From an uncultured virus (IMG/VR IMGVR_UViG_3300048691_000212) (Duplodnaviria; Heunggongvirae; Uroviricota; Caudoviricetes), in IMG/VR virus record IMGVR_UViG_3300048691_000212: DNA of 64,000 nucleotides. One strand, 5' to 3'. This document shows, one piece after another, positions 47,970 through 58,501 of this stretch. The stretch's first letter is position 1. Each line of letters starts with the position of its first letter. The notes below the pieces were generated by a model. The model saw only the letters and a program-made list of their open reading frames with translations, was not told the DNA's origin and ran no database searches. A program made the translations under genes and the position numbers.

Positions 47970-49682
47970 TTAGATAGTTGGGCTATTACCTGCCATATAT
48001 GCTTTCATTATATCCCCAACGTCCGGACCTGACTTCTTGTTAGAAATCTTAATGTCTTTTACGCTAACATCACTACTAGCACTAATGCCCCGATGGTAGA
48101 AAGTAATGCGCTCGTACTGGCGGTTAATTACACAAATAATCATGGCATAACCTTGACCAAATATCTTCTCACGAATATGGGGACTAGATAATTTACCTCC
48201 CAACTGACGCTCAATAGTAGCAGCAGAAGCTTCACTAATAACATACAAGTTAGAAGCCACGTTCAAACTTGGGTTCTTGCTTAGCAAACCAAACTTCTTA
48301 GCATTGTTAACGCGTGTAATAACTTCCTTATGAACGTTAGTCTTGTCATCCATCATTGACTTCTTTGTCTCATCAATAAGATCTTGACAGAAAATTAAGT
48401 CTTTAATGAACTCAATGCGCCCAGCTCTCCACGCGTGATAACGTTCAGTAAAACTATTGTCCATGGCACCTTTGCAAAGCAAACCTTGCAGAGTAGATTC
48501 AGGAACAGAGTTCACCATCAGACGGAAAGAAATACTCAGAGGAAGATCGGGTAATCTATTGCCCATTGAGTCGGACCCACCACCAATAACAAAAGACACC
48601 ATTTTACCTACCGACAAATCAGAGAGTTCTCTTGCCTGGTCAATTGAGTCTTTAGTAACTTGAATACTGGGGGTGCCGTTAGCTGCAATGTCTTTGGCTT
48701 GTCTAAAAGCTTTTTCATTAATCGCGTTAGCTTTGTCTTGTTGGCGCTCAAGTTCTCGTGCAGCTGATGAAGCTAAGGAAGTCGCTTTATCTTTCTTTTT
48801 CTCTTCTCTGTCTTCTAAGCGCTCTTCTTCTCGCTTGGCTTCTTTATCAAGTCTTTGCTGTTTTTCTAGTTTATCTTGGGCAGCTTTATCTTCTCTCTCA
48901 ATTTGTTTATTAATCTCATCGAGTTGTTTCTTAACCGTTTGTTTTCTTTGTTCTTCAATACGCTCAGCCTCGCGTTTTTCAGAAGAACTTAAGTAACCCA
49001 CATCTTTACCAAAGACTCTCTCAAAATGTTTATCTTTAGTACCAACACCATTTGACAAATCATCAGAGTTATAGCTATTACCAGTTGGCGATGCTTCGTA
49101 GGCTTCGTTACCTAACTTAAAGTCTTCTTTGCTAATAACGTAGCTATCGCCCTCAGGGAAACTTACACGCTTAGTAGAATTCATCTCTGACTCTACTCTG
49201 GCTTCTTCAAGAGCAATGGCACGTTTATTCTTTGTTGTTGGGAGTCTAAAAGCATAAGACTCAGCAGCCATACGCCAATCAGATTTATGACTTTTCTCGC
49301 TTTCTTTATAAGACTCAAAGCTTAGCAAAGAGTTATTAGAATGGTTACGATTAGGATTTAGTCTTTCTAAAACTTTCTCTGCTTTTACATGCCCGGTAGA
49401 AGCCGTAAAGGATAGTGCCTGTAAGTAATAACCAGCAAAAATACTGGACAAAGATTGCAACACATCTGGTAAGTAATCCAGATGTAGACAGTCACCACCA
49501 ACAATGGTTAAGGGTTCCACACGACTAGACTTACTAATGTCAATAAGCGAACTATTGGCGATATATTTATGACCTGAGTCTAAAGTATTCCAAGTTTTCT
49601 CGGCAAGTTTCGCAGCACCGCCAGCTGAATTCACAGCTGCACTGGTGGCAGTCAAAGCTGCCGTAATTGCCATAAGCGACAT
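47970..49682 (-). CDS. internal head protein (phiKZ gp89-like by synteny) with charged insertion
   Basis: RVEP, FAGYYLQA, LERLNP.R, LSVGK, ERYHAWRAG.I..IKDLIFCQDLI and GPD..DI.KA. Confidence 0.6.
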   Translation of the reverse strand: MSLMAITAALTATSAAVNSAGGAAKLAEKTWNTLDSGHKYIANSSLIDISKSSRVEPLTIVGGDCLHLDYLPDVLQSLSSIFAGYYLQALSFTASTGHVKAEKVLERLNPNRNHSNNSLLSFESYKESEKSHKSDWRMAAESYAFRLPTTKNKRAIALEEARVESEMNSTKRVSFPEGDSYVISKEDFKLGNEAYEASPTGNSYNSDDLSNGVGTKDKHFERVFGKDVGYLSSSEKREAERIEEQRKQTVKKQLDEINKQIEREDKAAQDKLEKQQRLDKEAKREEERLEDREEKKKDKATSLASSAARELERQQDKANAINEKAFRQAKDIAANGTPSIQVTKDSIDQARELSDLSVGKMVSFVIGGGSDSMGNRLPDLPLSISFRLMVNSVPESTLQGLLCKGAMDNSFTERYHAWRAGRIEFIKDLIFCQDLIDETKKSMMDDKTNVHKEVITRVNNAKKFGLLSKNPSLNVASNLYVISEASAATIERQLGGKLSSPHIREKIFGQGYAMIICVINRQYERITFYHRGISASSDVSVKDIKISNKKSGPDVGDIMKAYMAGNSPTI

Positions 49683-49743
49683 AAAATTCTCCTTAAATCT
49701 CAGATAAAGTTACTAATAATTTTTTAATTGAAAGCAAAACGTT

Positions 49744-50808
49744 ATGGCAACTAACAAAACTGTCAGTGTATCATTAGACGATTTTCTTCAGGACAGTCCT
49801 ATTGGTCCTCTAAGTACAGCCATAGGCAATAATATCTACGGTATTAACCATAGACAAGAAGCTGCACCAGTACCTATTAATAAAGACCAATTCGGTTTTA
49901 CTTTTTTTACTCGACCCCAGCTGAACTTACAGACAGAGAATATTAGAAACGTACGTATCCTCACACCATTATTGTCTAGAAATCCAACCAGTTATCAAAT
50001 GATTTCAAGATGTTTGCTAGATCCCAGAATACAGTACGGTTATGGGAATCAAACAGACCCTATTGAGAAGTGTACTTTTGTAGATGAACAACAGGCATTC
50101 ATCCCAATTTTAACTAACCATTTAAAGTCAATTAGTGGATGGCCAGATATTACTAGTCCTACTTTTGTTGCTACTGAAGGTAAGTACAACCAAGCTCATG
50201 CAATGGTTGACGGTATTGTATCTAATTACAAAGCATACGATATAGAAGCCACCTTTCGCAATTCAAAGGGTGATTTGATCATGTCTTTGTTCCATGCTTG
50301 GGTGAATTATCAGAGCTTAGTCTTTGAAGGTAAGCTCATGCCTTACACTGATTTTATTACAGCTAATGAAATAGATTATCAAACCAGAATTTGGCGTCTA
50401 GTATTAGACGAGCGAAAGAAGAAAGTACAAAAAATAGCTTGCACAGGTGCATCGTTTCCAACTAGTCTCCCCGTTGGGTCTAGTTTTGATTACAACATTG
50501 AAAAACCTTACAATGATCAAAATTCTGATATTAGTATCAGATTTCAATGTGTTGGATTTCAATACCAAGACGATATCTTAATTAAAGAATTTAACGACAC
50601 TGTTCAGATCTTTCATAACGGGATGAGGGAAGAAAATATTGGAACTTCTATGGAGGCTATTCCTATTGAAATGTTGCGCATTTTCAATAACAGAGGTTAT
50701 CCAAGAATAGATCCAGATACTTACGAACTAGACTGGTTTGTTAGTAGATCAGAATACAATAAGAAAATAAATGCAATGCGCAGCTTTAACAATAAGTTAG
50801 GAATCTAA
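49744..50808 (+). CDS. virion protein, putative baseplate/tube-initiator (phiKZ gp88-like by synteny)
   Basis: G.TFFTRP.LNL, SISGWPD, EIDYQTRIWRL.LD and FN.RGYP.I. Confidence 0.6.
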   Translation: MATNKTVSVSLDDFLQDSPIGPLSTAIGNNIYGINHRQEAAPVPINKDQFGFTFFTRPQLNLQTENIRNVRILTPLLSRNPTSYQMISRCLLDPRIQYGYGNQTDPIEKCTFVDEQQAFIPILTNHLKSISGWPDITSPTFVATEGKYNQAHAMVDGIVSNYKAYDIEATFRNSKGDLIMSLFHAWVNYQSLVFEGKLMPYTDFITANEIDYQTRIWRLVLDERKKKVQKIACTGASFPTSLPVGSSFDYNIEKPYNDQNSDISIRFQCVGFQYQDDILIKEFNDTVQIFHNGMREENIGTSMEAIPIEMLRIFNNRGYPRIDPDTYELDWFVSRSEYNKKINAMRSFNNKLGI

Positions 50809-50811
50809 TTA

Positions 50812-53736
50812 ATGGCAACCCTAGACACAAACACTGTAAGTGGCGTATTAAACAATATAGCTGCTTATAAATATAACCCAGCAGGTATCCAGCGTGTTAT
50901 TCTACAGCATCTACAGGATGTAAAAGAAGGTACAGTCGACATTGTTGACCCAACTAATCCTTTTGTATTTGCTCTTGAAGCTTCCGCTGTAAACATTGCA
51001 GCCTTCATGACTGAAAATGAAATAAATACCAGAAGGCTTTACCCTGTTTTAGCACAGACACCTGAAGAGCTTTATATCCATATGTCTGATAAAGATTTTG
51101 TAGATAGATTTGCTACACCTGCACCTGCCACTTTTTCAATGATGATATTAAAAAGTGATTTGATGGGTAAAATGGTTTATGATCCAGAAACACTAGGTAG
51201 TAAAGTAACCATACCTCGCAACACTGAATTTACTATTGCAGATGTTATTTTTAGTATGCAGTATCCTATTGTTATTAGACAATTAGTTCACGGTGGCTTA
51301 CAAGTAGTGTACGATACTGACGAAGAGTCACCTTTGCAAAGTCTTACATCAAACGTGATTGATTTTTCAATTAGAACAGATAGTAATTTTCTTGAATGGG
51401 TCTATTTTGAATTTGATGTGCAGCAGTTCAATGTTATTTCTAATAATGCTGCGTTATCTACATCAACGGGTTTTAAACAAACTGTAACTTTAAACGATAA
51501 TTTTTATTATGCTAGAGTTTTTTATAAACCGACCTTGGCTAGTAAATGGTTAGAAGTATCTACTACACACACTGAACAGGTTTATGACTCAACCAAAGTA
51601 ACTGCTGTTATAACAGTAGTAGATAAGAATGTTACTGTTGAAATACCGCAGGTTTATTTTAATACTGGCTTAGTTAGTGGTACTGTAAGAGTAGACCTGT
51701 ACGAGACTAAAGGCGCTCTTCAGATGTCTATGAGTAATTACAAACTTGGTGCTTTTAGTGTTAAGTGGCGTAATTTGGATACTACTGAAGACACTGTTTT
51801 TACAGCAGCTACTACGGGTTTAGTTTTGTTTAGTTATTCCACACAAATTGTGGATGGTGGTAGCGCTTCTTTGTCTTTTGAGCAGCTAAGATCAAGAGTA
51901 ATGAATAACACAACTGGACCTAGGTCGACTCCCATTACTAATATTCAAATAACTAGTTCGTTAGAAAAAGAAGGCTATAACGTTGTTAAGAATGTGGACG
52001 TTGTTACTAACCGTGTATTTTTAGCCACCAAACCAATGCCTGCTCCGGCTAATACTAAACTTATTACATCCGCTGCATCCAGTATTGAAACCTTAATTGT
52101 TTCTATAGAAGACTTAGTCACTCAGCCTGGTGTTTTTAATAACAGCGCTAGAGTTACCATTACGCCTGAATTAGTCTACACCAATAATTCAGGCATTATT
52201 AATATTGTCCCAAAACAAACACTAACAGCCACACTTGGTTTACTACCAGATGACTTAGCGTACAATGTAACCAATGGAAAGTATCTCTACACTCCTTTTC
52301 ATTACGTTTTGGATACAACGGGTACTGAGTTTGAAATTAGACCGTATTTCTTAGATAGACCAGCGGCACAAACAGTGCATTTCATTTCTCAAAATGATCT
52401 GACTGAGCTACAAATTAACACCAATAGTTACGAGCTTAGTAAAACAACCACTGGTTATAAGCTAAGGGTCGTTACAAAGTCTAACGATACAGCTAATGAT
52501 TTATCAGATACTGAAGTGTTTGCTCAACTGTCTTTTGTTCCAGCTAACGAGCTTAATAGAGCTTATATCAATGGAGTGTTCATGGGTCGAACAGAACTCA
52601 ATGAACGTGTATTTGATTTTGACTTAAGTTCAAATTTTGATGTAGACGTAGAAGATAATTTAGGTTTTACTAAATTCTTTATGTTTACTACAGCAGACAG
52701 AATTACATTTAGCCCTTTATTGCAAGATTTTGATATTCTGTACTCGACCAATACAACAATGCCTCTTACTTGGGTCTCTTCTGGTATTGATGCTTTGTTA
52801 GGTAAATTTTTATTGCCTACGACTATTTTTGCTGTTACACAGGAGCGCCTTAAGCTACAATTTGGATATTCACTAAAAACGCTTTGGTCGCGTTCTAGAT
52901 CAGTTGCCGGTAGCGCACCTTACCAAACTTATACAGCAGCTGTACCGTGGTTATACGAAGCCGACGAGTATCAGAAAGACCCAGCTACTGGTTTTTCTTT
53001 CACTATAGACGGGGCAGGGAACGTAACATATACAATTCTACATAACCAGGGCGACCCTGTTCTAGATGTACAGGGTAATCCTGTTAATAGATTTGAAATT
53101 GGGGATGTTATTTTAGACTCGACAGGTAATCCCATATTTGCAAATCCGGCTTCTGTTAAAAGACAACTTGATATGATGTTTGTTGAAGGTGCTTATTATT
53201 TTGCTACCGATTCTTCTGCTTCTAGTTATAGAAACGATATGGTTGACACAGTTGTTAATTGGTTGACTAAAGACTTAGTAGCTATGGGAAATGATCTACT
53301 TGAGCAAACAAAGCTGTATTTCTATCCTAAAACTACTATGGGTAATATCAAAGTAGTGGCCGATGGTGGGTCTGTTATCACAATGGAAGCGGGACAGTAT
53401 TTCACTCTTGATCTTTTTGTATCGGAAGCTGTTTATAAAAATGATAAACTAAGAGATTCATTAAAAACTAGTACTGTTTCCATTATTGCTAAATTGTTAG
53501 AGGCCAGTACTGTTTCCATGAGTAATCTAATATCTTTATTAAAAACTGCTTATGGCGATGACGTTATCAGCTTTACTGCTAAAGGATTAGGTGGTGAAGC
53601 TAATCTATCTACTGTTACTGTTATAAATGGTGGAGAGCGCTGCAATATTCGAAAGAGTCTTGTTAAGCAATCTGATAATAAACTAATTGTTACTGAAGAC
53701 GTTACTGTGAATTTTGTTACGCACTCTGCCACATAA
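50812..53736 (+). CDS. putative baseplate wedge protein (phiKZ gp87-like by synteny)
   Basis: 974 aa; DPTNPF...LE, LY.HMSD.D, TKG, GG....FE.LR.RV and D.VTNR.FLA. Confidence 0.65.
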   Translation: MATLDTNTVSGVLNNIAAYKYNPAGIQRVILQHLQDVKEGTVDIVDPTNPFVFALEASAVNIAAFMTENEINTRRLYPVLAQTPEELYIHMSDKDFVDRFATPAPATFSMMILKSDLMGKMVYDPETLGSKVTIPRNTEFTIADVIFSMQYPIVIRQLVHGGLQVVYDTDEESPLQSLTSNVIDFSIRTDSNFLEWVYFEFDVQQFNVISNNAALSTSTGFKQTVTLNDNFYYARVFYKPTLASKWLEVSTTHTEQVYDSTKVTAVITVVDKNVTVEIPQVYFNTGLVSGTVRVDLYETKGALQMSMSNYKLGAFSVKWRNLDTTEDTVFTAATTGLVLFSYSTQIVDGGSASLSFEQLRSRVMNNTTGPRSTPITNIQITSSLEKEGYNVVKNVDVVTNRVFLATKPMPAPANTKLITSAASSIETLIVSIEDLVTQPGVFNNSARVTITPELVYTNNSGIINIVPKQTLTATLGLLPDDLAYNVTNGKYLYTPFHYVLDTTGTEFEIRPYFLDRPAAQTVHFISQNDLTELQINTNSYELSKTTTGYKLRVVTKSNDTANDLSDTEVFAQLSFVPANELNRAYINGVFMGRTELNERVFDFDLSSNFDVDVEDNLGFTKFFMFTTADRITFSPLLQDFDILYSTNTTMPLTWVSSGIDALLGKFLLPTTIFAVTQERLKLQFGYSLKTLWSRSRSVAGSAPYQTYTAAVPWLYEADEYQKDPATGFSFTIDGAGNVTYTILHNQGDPVLDVQGNPVNRFEIGDVILDSTGNPIFANPASVKRQLDMMFVEGAYYFATDSSASSYRNDMVDTVVNWLTKDLVAMGNDLLEQTKLYFYPKTTMGNIKVVADGGSVITMEAGQYFTLDLFVSEAVYKNDKLRDSLKTSTVSIIAKLLEASTVSMSNLISLLKTAYGDDVISFTAKGLGGEANLSTVTVINGGERCNIRKSLVKQSDNKLIVTEDVTVNFVTHSAT

Positions 53737-53752
53737 AAAAAAACAGCATATA

Positions 53753-53786
53753 CCCACTACAATGTGTTTAAACACATTGTAGTGGG
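53753..53786. terminator. 34-bp perfect palindrome between convergent genes
   Basis: cccactacaatgtgtttaaacacattgtagtggg; TATG then T-run on minus. Confidence 0.8.
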
Positions 53787-53796
53787 GTGTTGCTCT

Positions 53797-54930
53797 TTAT
53801 GCGCTAGGCTTAACAGCGCCATACAAGATATTGAGAAGACCTTTTACAAATTCAATATTGTAAAATTCAAACTGTATTAGTTTTACAGAAATAGTGTTTA
53901 CTCTAGTTAAAGTGTTTTTAACCTTTTCAACAGCATTACTACTTTGTTCTAAAAGCTGAGTCTTCTCTAAACTGTTATTTTCTAACAGTTTAATTTTATC
54001 TTCAATGACCAAAGAACAGGTTTCAACCATTTCTAAAAGAGTATTAAACAGTTCTCTCTCGGATACAGAGCCTGTAAACTCCAATATCTTCTTCATGGTT
54101 GGGTGAGGATTTTCCTCGCCAATTACAAAAGGGGTAGGCAATAGAAGCTTATCTTTAGTAACAGGTATATCTTGTCCAAAACAGTACAGAACGTATTGTA
54201 ACCATCTGTCTTTGTAAGTATCAGATAGTTTATCAATACTAGCTTTTATTTTGGGGTTGCCAGAATAAGCTATTTCACTAGTTTGGTCAACATAGTAAAC
54301 TGTACTGTTAATAACGCCTTCTATAGTTTTATTAAAACCAGGAATTATTCTTGTTTTAGAGTCACTATTATTTTTAATTAAGTCAAAAATATTATCAACA
54401 TAATTAGTTTTAATCTCGTCCCTATTGATATTGATGTGACCTATCCAAGATTTTGTTTTCTCTATTTCTGTTTTCAGATACTCTAAACTATTTTTTAATG
54501 AACTAACTTGAGAGTCCGTTACAGTATTTATTTGTGTATCCATTAAAACAATACTTTTATCAAACATTGTTTTAGTTGGTGTTTCTGAATAGAACTCTAC
54601 TGGATTACTAGACCCAATAGTTCCCGGCATAATAGATTCAAAAGCAGTTATGTTACTTCTTGAGATAGCACCAAAACCTTTAATACTGTTAAAGACATCG
54701 TTAGCGTCAGAGATATTGTTATTAATATCATTGCTAAATTCAGGCTTAATAACTATACTAGGTACTTTTCCTGCTTCTATATTCTCACCAAATAAATCAG
54801 TAACTGATGGTGTTTCTTCTTCAGGAACAGGCTTATCAGTTACTTTAACATTAAGTACATTTGAAGAGGTGGATTGTTTCTCATCTTCAAAACCAAACTC
54901 TTCATCAATACCGTCGTTTAATCCAGACAT
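53797..54930 (-). CDS. head protein with acidic propeptide (gp86-like by synteny)
   Basis: acidic N-terminus; AFE-S site. Confidence 0.5.
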   Translation of the reverse strand: MSGLNDGIDEEFGFEDEKQSTSSNVLNVKVTDKPVPEEETPSVTDLFGENIEAGKVPSIVIKPEFSNDINNNISDANDVFNSIKGFGAISRSNITAFESIMPGTIGSSNPVEFYSETPTKTMFDKSIVLMDTQINTVTDSQVSSLKNSLEYLKTEIEKTKSWIGHININRDEIKTNYVDNIFDLIKNNSDSKTRIIPGFNKTIEGVINSTVYYVDQTSEIAYSGNPKIKASIDKLSDTYKDRWLQYVLYCFGQDIPVTKDKLLLPTPFVIGEENPHPTMKKILEFTGSVSERELFNTLLEMVETCSLVIEDKIKLLENNSLEKTQLLEQSSNAVEKVKNTLTRVNTISVKLIQFEFYNIEFVKGLLNILYGAVKPSA

Positions 54931-54932
54931 TG

Positions 54933-55403
54933 TTAATTAGCCAAAACAGTAGTCAACTCGTTTACTAGTTTTACTACGTTGTTAGTGTAAATAGCCAAAA
55001 GTTGCATATTCTCTTGTATGAAACCAAGTTCAACATCAGAGAACACATCACCAAAACCACACATAAACGAAATACTGGGAGTGCTACCTGACGCAAATAC
55101 AAACTCGTTTGAATAGCAAACGTTGTAACGCATCATCCAGAATTTACGGGCTAGCTCTTGAATTCTGCTTGAGTCTACAGGGATAATATCTGCAATCACA
55201 TTGAGCTTTTCACGAATGAAAGGAACAGCTTCATTGAGATAAGTTTTATCAACGTTTTCAGACCGAGTGCCAGGTACTGTCATTTTAAAAACAATAGCTC
55301 TAGCTATGGCGTATGAAGTCAGCTCTGTGGCTGTTGAGCCTGCACCTGTAAAAGAATTTACAAAACGAAATGAATCAGGTGACAGTTTGGTAATGTTGTA
55401 CAT
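54933..55403 (-). CDS. virion protein (gp85-like by synteny)
   Basis: 156-aa ORF in the conserved block. Confidence 0.5.
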   Translation of the reverse strand: MYNITKLSPDSFRFVNSFTGAGSTATELTSYAIARAIVFKMTVPGTRSENVDKTYLNEAVPFIREKLNVIADIIPVDSSRIQELARKFWMMRYNVCYSNEFVFASGSTPSISFMCGFGDVFSDVELGFIQENMQLLAIYTNNVVKLVNELTTVLAN

Positions 55404-55418
55404 TGTTTTCTCTTTGGT

Positions 55419-56729
55419 TTAAATATGTTTAAGTTTTGCGGCGCTTACAAATAGATCATTGTTTGCTAATTGCTCCAAAACACCTTGGAGTTCAATTTTT
55501 ATTTTTAAATCTTTAGAATCAGAAAATAAGAAATTAGCTATAGCAGAATAGATCTTATTACTTTTTATTAAATAACTACTAAGTTCATCCAATGCTTCTA
55601 TACCCTTATCTAGCTCAGTAACTAACTCCTTAGTTAACTTAGGGTCTTTAGCTAAAGCTACATATTGTTCTCTTACACGTCTTATTCTAGTTTCGTCTAA
55701 GTCATAATTATGACTCATTACGTCCGTTCTAGCTACAAAAATATTAGCTATTAAACTACCTAGTCCTAAACCTAGTGCAAGAGGGACAGCAAATACAGCA
55801 CCCCCTCCTATTGCAATCAAGCTTGTAATTAGGGAAAATTCACTAATTACAAAATTTAAAGAACTAAATATTTTACTTCGGGAAATAGAGAACCCACCTA
55901 GTTTTTCAAGAGCTAGCATGGTTTCTTTACCGTATCCATGCCTTGAAGCAAACTGGTCTGCTAACATTTCGGATGAGCTAACGTCATAGTGACCGGTATT
56001 AATTTCCGACTGTCTTTTATTGTTACTTGTTTTTAACAGAACCAAAGCTATTTTTTCTTTGTTACATTCTTTAGCCAGGTCATCAATATTGTTTAAAGTA
56101 ACCCCTAAACCTTTAGCTGTTTCATAAATAATATCAGTTCTCTCAACCAAAGGTTTATCTTTAGTTAAGTTTTGACTAATATAGTTAAGAACTTGATTAG
56201 TGGTAGTTCTTTCGGCGAAATATTCAAAGAAAGTAAAAGCATGGCCCAGCTCATGTAGAAATACAGCTGTTATTTCTTTTGCTGTAAGTTTAAACCAAAG
56301 CATTGAGCTAGGGGGCATATGTATCTTTACTTCAACATTACCAAAAGCACCTAGTACTTTACATGTTTTTAAATCTACACCCGCTTTATATTTATTTTCT
56401 TCCAGTATCTTAGCAAATTCTTTAACACCCTTAGTAAAATCTAAATAATTAGATATACCTTCTAGAAGTAACGAATGATTTGCGTTAATAAGAGGAACCA
56501 CATAACAAGGACCGCCAACTTCGGATACAAGGTCTGTTTTTAAATTAATGTTTGTATGTCTTTTAACAATTGCATCCAACAAATGTGAGTTATTTAATTT
56601 TTTAATTTCAGCAGCATTTTTACATGATTTTAAAAGATCTTCAAAAAACAACTCAATCTCTTTGCCAAGTTTACCAGATTGAAAATCAATCGTCTCCATA
56701 CCGACACCATCCAATAGGCGGCTTCGCAT
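55419..56729 (-). CDS. virion protein with zincin metallopeptidase motif and TM hairpin (gp84-like by synteny)
   Basis: AVFLHELGHAF and EMLADQFA; hydrophobic LIAIGGGAVFAVPLALGLGLGSLI. Confidence 0.7.
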   Translation of the reverse strand: MRSRLLDGVGMETIDFQSGKLGKEIELFFEDLLKSCKNAAEIKKLNNSHLLDAIVKRHTNINLKTDLVSEVGGPCYVVPLINANHSLLLEGISNYLDFTKGVKEFAKILEENKYKAGVDLKTCKVLGAFGNVEVKIHMPPSSMLWFKLTAKEITAVFLHELGHAFTFFEYFAERTTTNQVLNYISQNLTKDKPLVERTDIIYETAKGLGVTLNNIDDLAKECNKEKIALVLLKTSNNKRQSEINTGHYDVSSSEMLADQFASRHGYGKETMLALEKLGGFSISRSKIFSSLNFVISEFSLITSLIAIGGGAVFAVPLALGLGLGSLIANIFVARTDVMSHNYDLDETRIRRVREQYVALAKDPKLTKELVTELDKGIEALDELSSYLIKSNKIYSAIANFLFSDSKDLKIKIELQGVLEQLANNDLFVSAAKLKHI

Positions 56730-56797
56730 AACTAACTCCAAAATTATTAAGTTACTGTACCAACAAATAGGATGTAGTACAAACTAAGGATTAAACA

Positions 56798-58501
56798 ATG
56801 ACTCAAATAATTAAGCCAAAAGTACCTGAAAATGTCCTGGGTATGGAGTGTAGATTTGCTGTTTATATCGACCCACCAGATAGAGATATGCCCGACATGC
56901 ATCTGATAAAAGAAAACATTACTTATAAAGACGGTACTGTAAAACCAAATGTTAAGTTAGTTTGGGATTATAAGCGACCTTTTTGGATTAACAAAGAAGG
57001 TACTCGTAATTATAAGCAAAAGAAAGAATGGACTGAAGAATCTAATCTATTAAAATACTCTACCACACAATCAAAGTTAGTAGAGTCTATTAATAGAGCA
57101 ATGAAGACACCATGGATTAAAGGTAATCTTAAAAAGATTTGCTCATCTCCTTATATTTACGGGGCTGATATTTTATCTACAGCGCTTATTAAGAATTCCT
57201 ATAAGGTCGCATTTCCTTCCCTACAGTCTAAATATTCTGTTGCTGTTTTTGATACTGAAACAGATGTGCTAAACGGCACAGGTGAAATTATCATGGCTAC
57301 AATTACTTTTAAAAATACTGTCTTTACTGCCGTTGTAAAAGACTTTATTAAAGGGTATTCAAATGTCGAGAACAGGGTAGGCGACATGATGAATAAGTAT
57401 CTCGATAAATATGTTGAGAAAAGAGGATTACAACAAAAGCTAATTATTGTAGATACTCCTATTGACGCCATTAAAGCCTGTCTAGACGTAGCACATAAAC
57501 TAAAACCAGATTTCTTAGCAATTTGGAGTCTTGACTTTGATATTACAAAAATCATTGAGGCTTGCGAAAAAGCAAGGGTAAATCCAGCTACCCTATTTAG
57601 CGACCCTATTGTTCCTAAAGATTATAGATACTTCAACTATATTAGAGGACCTAAGCAAAAGGTTACGGCCAGCGGTTTAGTTACGTCTATTAAACCACCA
57701 GCGCGATGGCATACCGTTGTTACTCCTAGTAGTTTTTATGTAGTAGACGCAATGTGTGTTTATAAACATAACCGAGTAGGACAGCCCGAGAAACAATCTT
57801 ATTCTCTTGATGCTATTCTTGACGAAGAGCTAGGTATTAGAAAATTAAAATTTGATCTACCTGGGGTAACTAACGAGACTGGTTTAAAATGGCACCAAGT
57901 AATGCAAACCAAGTATAAACTTGAATACATTATTTATAATATTTTTGATTGTTTGTCTATAGAAGAATTAGACGAAAAGACCTTAGATTTGTCGCTTACC
58001 TTTCCGATGTTCTCAGGTATCTCTGAGTTTAGTAAATACACTTCACAACCTAGACGAACAGCCGATAGACTGCATTTTCATTGCCTAAAACATGGTAAAG
58101 TAATGGCTACCACCGGTGAGGATAAGGAAGGTAATTTCGATGATAAAGTGCTTGGATTATCGGATTGGATAATCACATTACCTGCTCACCTGGTGGAAGA
58201 TAATGGCTTAACATGCATTGAGGAAGATCCTTACCTTTCGACAAACGCTAGGGGGCACGTAGCTGATCTTGACGTTAGTGCAAGTTATCCAAATGGACAA
58301 TGTGTTGCGAACGTATCCAAAGAAACAACTAGAAAAGAGTTAACTTCAATTGAAGGTATCGAGCTTCATAAACAAATGATGTCTACAATCAATTTTTCAG
58401 GTGGACAGACTAATGCCGCTGAGTTTTGTCAAACACTTATGAACTTTCCATCTTTTCCTAAGTTATTAGATATCATTAAACAAAAAGAAATTGTAATATG
58501 A
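56798..58501 (+). CDS. N-terminal part of a split family-B DNA polymerase (3'-5' exonuclease plus motif A; phiKZ gp82-like)
   Basis: ExoI FDTETD, ExoII WSLDFD, ExoIII YNIFD and motif A DLDVSASYP; motifs B and C are absent. Confidence 0.85.
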   Translation: MTQIIKPKVPENVLGMECRFAVYIDPPDRDMPDMHLIKENITYKDGTVKPNVKLVWDYKRPFWINKEGTRNYKQKKEWTEESNLLKYSTTQSKLVESINRAMKTPWIKGNLKKICSSPYIYGADILSTALIKNSYKVAFPSLQSKYSVAVFDTETDVLNGTGEIIMATITFKNTVFTAVVKDFIKGYSNVENRVGDMMNKYLDKYVEKRGLQQKLIIVDTPIDAIKACLDVAHKLKPDFLAIWSLDFDITKIIEACEKARVNPATLFSDPIVPKDYRYFNYIRGPKQKVTASGLVTSIKPPARWHTVVTPSSFYVVDAMCVYKHNRVGQPEKQSYSLDAILDEELGIRKLKFDLPGVTNETGLKWHQVMQTKYKLEYIIYNIFDCLSIEELDEKTLDLSLTFPMFSGISEFSKYTSQPRRTADRLHFHCLKHGKVMATTGEDKEGNFDDKVLGLSDWIITLPAHLVEDNGLTCIEEDPYLSTNARGHVADLDVSASYPNGQCVANVSKETTRKELTSIEGIELHKQMMSTINFSGGQTNAAEFCQTLMNFPSFPKLLDIIKQKEIVI

